Below, in pieces: positions 57,219 through 64,000 of a DNA stretch of 64,000 nucleotides; position 1 is the first letter of the stretch; each line of letters starts with the position of its first letter. The notes beneath the pieces were generated by a model, which was not told the origin of the DNA, did not search any database, and was given only the letters and a program-made list of their open reading frames with translations. A program made the translations under genes and the position numbers. The DNA is taken from contig NC_087245.1 of the NCBI RefSeq assembly GCF_037042905.1, positions 1,364,001-1,428,000 on the forward strand. The letters are read 5' to 3'. The stretch is from Lytechinus pictus. Its lineage: Eukaryota.

Positions 57219-58608
57219 AAAACGAAACCGAGATTAAGCGATGATTTATCATAACTTAATCACACATATAATAGACAAATGACCTACCAATGTAAAGCTT
57301 AGAATCTCCCCTTTCATCTGATATTACTTAGAGTATTCCTCATTCACGCATGAGTGAGCAAAAACAATTTGAACAAAGGATACCAAAAAGTCATTTGGCG
57401 GGGGGTATCTGAATTTCAAAAAGAAAATCACATGCCTAAAAAGTTCAATATCTGCTCTTTTATTTGATACCTTAATCACAAAAAATGGTCAAGAAGTAAA
57501 AAAGTTATGTTACCTCGGAACAATGCTTGTATTTCCATAATTTCATTAAATAAACGTGTTTTCACCGGTTTTCCACAGAAGCTATCGCATGGTTAACAAA
57601 AGACTTAAAGGGATGGTCCGGGCTGAAAGTATGTATAGCTTAATAAATAGAGTAAAATTAACTGAGCAAAATGCCGAAAATTTCATCAAAATTGGATAAC
57701 AAATAACAAAGTTATTGAATTTTAAAGTTTAGCAATATTTTGTTAAAACAGTCGTCATGAATATTCATTAGGTGGGCTGATGATGTCACATCTCCACTTG
57801 TTCTTTTGTATTTTATTATATGAAAATAGGTTTATTCAAATTTCTTCCTCCAAGAACTAGAAAAATTGGATTGTCAACTGATTTAGTGCATTAGATATTT
57901 ATTGCTGCAACTTATTTCATTATAAGGGAGACATATTATTGACACAAGTATGAAATAATGAAAAAAATATGACTTTATGTAATAACATAAGAAAACGGAA
58001 AGTGGAGATGTGACATCATCAGCCCGCCTAATGAATATTCATGACGACTGTTTTCACAAAATATTGCTAAACTTTAAACTCCAATAACTTTATTATTTGT
58101 TATCCGATTTTGATGAAATTTTCGGCATTTTGCTCAGTGAATTCTACTCTATGTATTAAAATATAAATATCTTCAGCCCGGACCATCCCTTTAATGCATG
58201 GCTGATCGTCAACAAAACGGAGTGTCAAGTGAGTTTGAACACTTGCCTGTAGAACCTCTTCATTTTATGAAATTATTGAAATTCAAGCCTTATTTCAAAT
58301 AACCAGAACTTTGTTATTTCTCGACCATTTTCTGTAATTGAGGTATCAAATTAAAGAGCAGATATTGAACTTTTTGACAATGTGGTTTTCTTTTTGAAAC
58401 CCAGATACAGCCCGCCAAATGACTTTTTGGTATCCCTTCTTCAAATTGTTTTTGCTCACTCATGCGTGAATGAGAAATAATCTAAGTAATTTCAGATGAA
58501 AGGGGAGATTCTAAGCTTTACAATGGTAGGTAATTTGTCTATTGTATTTGTGATTAAGTTATGATAAATCATCGCTTAATCTCGTTTTCGTTTTTCTGGG
58601 ACGCACTG
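57219..58608. mobile_element. Tc1/mariner-like palindromic MITE hosting the 57609 insertion
   Basis: About 300-bp inverted arms; right end CTGGGACGCACTG followed by TA; left tip missing. Confidence 0.75.
57609..58190. mobile_element. Second 582-bp copy of the same MITE, opposite orientation
   Basis: Same TIRs and TTAA TSD; interior is the reverse complement of 26427-27008. Confidence 0.9.
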
Positions 58609-58717
58609 TATATCTTTATATGTTAATTATCATGGATGTTTTTTCATATGATTATAATGACAATGATTTGTATCGAAAATATTTGTTATAATGTATGAAA
58701 ATACGCATGATTGATCC

Positions 58718-59852
58718 CTATATAGTTTCTCTCTGGCACAAAAAAATGTTATGGGTAAAATTGTTATTAGATGATAATTATGAAAGTGTATGGAAGACAA
58801 TCGAAATTTGTCTCTTAAATCTTTTTACTTCTAAGAAGGATATATTATGGCAAACATGTGCACCTGTAAGTGTTCTTGATAAATTATCTTCATGTCAGTT
58901 GGCAGAATCGCTCCAAACATGGTATTTATTTAGAGAAAAAATTGTTAAAATGGAGTGGGATATCCCCTTTTCATCTATTGGTGAATGTCAATGTATTTGG
59001 TATAATAAAAACATTAATTCAAAATCAAAACAATATTTTTTTTTATCAAGATTGGTTAGACAAGGGAATTATTTTTATATCGGATTTACTTAATCATCCC
59101 CATTCAGGCAGTAAACTATTTGAAGAGCTTGTGTTAGATTTTGATATTAATTTGCGGGATAGAAGAAAGTACAATTTTTCAATGAAAAATATTCCAGAAG
59201 ATTGATTGGTGTTTTCATGCGGTTTAACTCCCAATATGATATTTGATGAAATTAAAGCGAAACTGTTTAGTACAAAGAAAATCCCAAAATATGCATACAA
59301 TGTTATATTAGATTATTGTATCCCTGAAAGGAAAATAAACTTTTGGAGAGATTTTTCTGCCTCGGATCAAGAGAATTGGGAAAAAATCCATGTAAATAAT
59401 TTTAAATCTACCCGCACGTATTCGTTCATTTTATTTTAAATGTTTTCATAAAGCAATAGCTTTGAATTAGTTTCTGTACAAAATAAAGAGGAAAGATTCT
59501 CCAAATTGTGCCTTTTGTAATATTACCCCAGAAACTTATATTCATTTGTTTATCGAGTGTCCAGTGGTTCAGCCTATCTGGGAGGAGACTATTAAAGTTA
59601 TTAAGGCGAGGACAAAACATTCTTTCAATCCTACTGTTTTTGAAAAAATGTTTGGCTTTGACAATGATAAATTTCTTACTTATCTGTTTCTTTTGCTTAA
59701 ATATTATATTTACATATGCACATTTCAAAGTAAAGTGCCATCTTTTGAAGGCTACAAAGCATACATTGTCAGTAATAAGGACCTGGAATAGTATTGCCAA
59801 AAAGAACAACAAGTTAGTTATTCATTTTAAAAAATGGAAATTTATATTATGA
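58718..59852 (+). pseudogene. Decayed L1/Tx1-type ORF2 C-terminal fragment
   Basis: WVKLLLD, IWYNKNI, W-x-x-KGIIFISDL, CAFC...ETYIHLFIECP zinc motif, KKW end; frameshifted. Confidence 0.8.
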
Positions 59853-59920
59853 TCACTCAATTTTTTATTATTTTTTTTTTGCAAAATAATATGCTTATAT
59901 TACTTTTGAAGCCTTTTTTC

Positions 59921-61729
59921 CAGGGTTGTAATAAAAAACGTTTTTTATAAAAAAAAAACAAATAAAACGTTTTTTATTGTTTTAAAACGTTTTAAATCGT
60001 TTTAAAACATTTTTTTTCCCAACGAACGATGAAATTTTCTGTAAATCAATTAAACTATACACTTAATACAGTACAATTTAAGCTCTTGATGTTTTAAATA
60101 CATTTTTGGAGTAAATAAGAGATAACTACAATTTTTGTTACTAAATTTCCAATAGAAAAGTTCATATTTTCCCCAAAATTCCTGAATCATTGAAATTGAA
60201 TGCAAAATGTAAGTTGACATTTTATTAGTTTATTCCTCATACATGTACATACATACTTTTGAGTCTTGTCAATCTAGGGGGTGAGAAGAATTTGCACAAT
60301 GTACAAAAATCATTTAATCAATATGCTTTATTTCATTTTAATCTGTTTTACCTATTTTTAGTGCAAGAAATACAAGTTTGGGTTTAAATTGATAAATAAA
60401 GCCCTTGAACTGCTAATTTCTTTAAATGAGGAATTAAAGAATTTAATTTTGAGGAATTAATAAATTCAAATATTTCTTATGTACAGTTTTTTTGTTAGTT
60501 TTTATTTTTTTAATCATTTATCAATGGAAATTATTGGCAATAATTTCCAATCATGTACAAATATTGATACAGATACGAATGTTGGCGAAAAATTCACATT
60601 GGCTTTATACATGAAATCACGTTATTGAGCAATTCGGGGTCTGACATGCACTTGTGTATTTCATAATCGCATACCCAAGCATGCATCCCAAAAATAGTCT
60701 TGAACAATATGGCGTGGCCCTGTCGTGCTTATGGATTTATCATAGAATTTTTAGGGGGCCATTACGGTCCCCTGGGATTGTTAGGGTTACAGGTCAAGTC
60801 CACCCCAGAAAAATGTTGATCTTGAATAAATAGAGAAAAATCAAACTAGCATAACACTGATAATTTCATCAAAATTGGATGTAAAATAAGAGTTATGTCA
60901 TTTTAAAATTTCGCTATTTTTCACAAAACAGTGCCTATGCACAACTCAGTGACATGCAAATGAAAAAGATGATGATGTCCCTCACTCACTATTTCTTTCG
61001 TTTTTTATTGTTTGAATTACACAATATTTCATTTTTTACAGATTTTGTAATAAGGACCAACTTGACTGAACCATGTAATAAACAATGCTAATTCCGCATG
61101 TACAAGTTCCGCATGTAATCGTTGTTTCACTGGGCATTTGGCAATGAGGAGAAAATTAGAATATTTCATTTCTCATATAATAAAATACAAAAGAAATAGT
61201 GAGTGGATGACATTAACAGTCTCCTCATTTGCTATACTAACCACGATGTGCATATAATTGTTCTGTGAAAATCAAGCGAAAGTTTAAAATGTCATAACTT
61301 TCTCATTTTACATCCGATTTTGATGAAATTTTCAGTGTTGTGCTTGTTGGATTTTTCTCTTTTTATTTAAATCAACTTTTTGTTAGACTGGACTTTTCCT
61401 TTACTAAATATAGATTGATGTGCGCAATTGAATAAGAGGATTTCAAGGAACATGACAAAGGGAAGGAGAAAGGGGGAATAAGGGGGGAAAAGAGGAGAAA
61501 AAGAGTGATGTTGAGAATGAGATTGAGTTAGAAGAAAATAATATACCAATTAAGAAATTAAAGTATAAAGAAATATTCATCTAAAATCACATCCATGACC
61601 ATGCATATTTATAACACACAAGTCTATGAGGTGTTTTAAAACACGTTTTTTTTTGTAAAAAAAACGGGTGTTTTAAAACGCGTTTTAAAACATGTTTTAA
61701 AACACACCGTTTAAAACGTGCCAACCCTG
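59921..61729. mobile_element. hAT-type non-autonomous element
   Basis: CAGGGTTG...CAACCCTG TIRs, perfect 8-bp TSD CTTTTTTC, subterminal TTTTAAAAC repeats. Confidence 0.88.
60791..61400. mobile_element. Kolobok-like MITE nested in the hAT element
   Basis: AGGTCAAGTCCA...TGGACTTTTCCT ends, long imperfect TIRs, TTAC on both flanks. Confidence 0.8.
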
Positions 61730-61829
61730 CTTTTTTCCTTTCCCGACGAAGGTCACCAAAATTGGGCTCATATCACAATGGTCTGTCTGTCCGTGCCGGA
61801 TATTTTGACCACTGTTTGCATGATTTGTA

Positions 61830-62215
61830 AATAACCCCAAAAATGGTTTAGCCCTCCTCTCTTTCCACTCACTGACTTTTATTGAATATATTTATACATG
61901 TGAATTCCAAAATAAATCACCGTCTTTTGAAAGCTACAATACTTACACTGCCTGTAATAATAACCTGGAATATAATAATGTTAAAAGTGAATCCCCTAAT
62001 GGGAATTTAATTTATTATCATGTTACGTTTTTAGCGTGTAGAAGTTTACAAGATGACTGTCATATTAGGTTGTAATATGTATTCGTATATCTGTACATGG
62101 ATATAAGCTGCTTTTTCGTATACATTGCGTTGTCATGTTTTATTTTTGTTGTTGTTGATTATTATTATTGTTAAAATCACTGGAAAAAAAAAGAAAAAAA
62201 AGAAAGAAAAAAAAA
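61830..62215 (+). pseudogene. Second diverged L1-type 3' end with poly-A
   Basis: 61890-61985 is collinear with 59706-59805; A-rich tail at 62184-62215. Confidence 0.6.
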
Positions 62216-62802
62216 TGATTTGTATCAATATTTATGTCATTTCTGTTGGAAATAAATCTGAATCTGACTGTATTAGGTGTCTTTAAAATATTTTACCGGC
62301 AATCATCCGTTAAACCGTTGTTTTTTTAATTATTTAACATTTTATGCGTTTATATAACATCGAAAATTTTAAAAGTGAGCTAAATAGTTTTAATAGTTTA
62401 TAATGAATTTTCAAAAAATTACCTCATATAGCGCTTCATAAAAAATGGTCAATTGATTCAATGGACACACCATAGAGATATATATATGCGTAATTAATAT
62501 ACATCTCTATGGGACACACACACAGCTGGTAGCCGTCTGTTTTTATGAGTCCCCTGTGTACGTGTACCTACAGATCGCGCTAAAACTTCGGTCTCTAGCT
62601 AGCTAGCTCTGTATTTGGTGAGTCGAGCCAGCGCCAACGGAGTTCAGCGGAAGAACAACCAACATAACACAGAGACCGAAGCTTTTGGTCTAGGGGAAAG
62701 CTTGCGCTTGATTTATATCCAGATATCATTACTCAACAATACCGTACTCATTCATCTAACTTGGAGACAAGAGGACGAAGGCATCGCTGAAAACAGAAGA
62801 AT

Positions 62803-62859
62803 ATGGAGTTTGAAGTTCTACATAAGTTTTGTGACAAAATTGGATTGCGTTATTGTGAG
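62803..62859 (+). CDS. Possible first coding exon of a divergent neighbouring gene (MEFEVLHKFCDKIGLRYCE)
   Basis: AAT-ATG-G start and GAG/GTGAGG donor in non-repetitive, relatively CpG-rich sequence; no recognisable homology. Confidence 0.3.
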
Positions 62860-64000
62860 GTGAGGAGCCACCCTAAACTCCTGTATAACTATAAGCCCCT
62901 AACCACTCATTCAATGAACAAGGTTATGATATAACCTTGTTCTCAGTTATAAAGGCATGTGTGGCAAAATAAGGATGGCAATGTTTGGCTTATTTTCTCT
63001 TTTTCTTTGGGACAAAAATCACAAATGCTTGATTTTTTTACACTGACAGTTTCCAATACACCTATTCGTCATACAACTTGGCCCTTAAGTAAATTTGATT
63101 CTTTAATATTATTTCTTTCTTAATTAAAAATGGAGATAAAAAATGAAAATTTTGTTGCCATATTAATTATTATTTTCCACAAATAGAGGGCGTACACAAA
63201 AAATGCCCAAAATCCAAGTTTTTGAGCGCTCTAGTGAATACAAAAATTATTTTTAAGTTACAAATGAAAAATAAATTGCAACTGTATGGAAATTAGTAAT
63301 TTTGGTCACAAAAGTGATATTTTAATCATTTTTTAAAGTGTGTGCTCTGCTCTGTACAGCATTGGCATGCCATAGTCCAACCTGTAGATTCCCCACAGGC
63401 AGGGTGGTTGCAGTGAACAAGTGCCCCTAACTAGTTATACAACGACCAACACGTAACGTAACAATCACTAACATCACGAGATAGCTCGGCCGGGAGCTCG
63501 GCTATGAATCGCCCTCGGCCTCGCATGTATGATGGGGGGACCTAAAGGCAAAGCTACGCACTTTGTTAACTAACGTCACGATAAAAACTTTGCCAATTTT
63601 AATATTTGAACACATTTTCCTTTACCAATTTGTGGTAAATATTCTAAAGATAGGGTGTCTGAAGCCACACTGAAAAGTGTCAGCATAAAACAGGCTGATT
63701 TAGGGGAAAATATGGCACATTTTTTCGGGGAAGTTCAGGCTACTAGAAAAATGTGATCTGAATTGATTATTAACTTGTGTTTGGCATGTATAGAAAGAAA
63801 ATTCAGGGGCTTCTTTTGACAGTAAGGACAAGTTTATATGATCATTTTAAATAAGGATTTAGAGATAAATTGCAAACCCTTATTTTTGTGTGTGTTGAGA
63901 TTGCTATTTCTCCATGCGTTTTCTATGGGAAAATTAAATTTCTGTTTTGCACAATCTTTTTCACTTTGCCGCAATTTTTCATTGTGATATAGGGTATTTA

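Overview
Eukaryotic, AT-rich, intron- and transposon-rich DNA. The repeat style suggests a sea urchin or other echinoderm (inference only). One host gene can be fully reconstructed on the minus strand: an 8-exon, 334-aa alpha-carbonic anhydrase with signal peptide and probable GPI anchor (CDS 53614 down to 5514, all splice phases compatible, TATA+Inr promoter near 53790-53755, 31.5-kb first intron). Intron 2 holds a full-length, intact Tx1-clade L1 retrotransposon inserted in a (TTC)n microsatellite with a 15-bp TSD (Koshi-like). The rest is nested mobile DNA: Academ-, Kolobok-, hAT-, Harbinger-, Sola-, Tc1/mariner- and CACTG-type non-autonomous elements, tRNA-derived SINEs and a three-level LINE nest. 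Most unusual signals: (1) a SINE with a 7SL-like (Alu-domain) head joined to a Deu-like core; (2) a 719-bp palindrome carrying two outward-facing minimal hammerhead ribozymes downstream of the CA stop codon, plus a third hammerhead in a Penelope-like remnant; (3) a 133-nt hairpin in a young LINE 3' UTR with 15 G.U pairs and no A.C pairs; (4) an Academ-type element built of about 190-bp repeats that change direction at its centre. All calls were read by eye; no searches were run.
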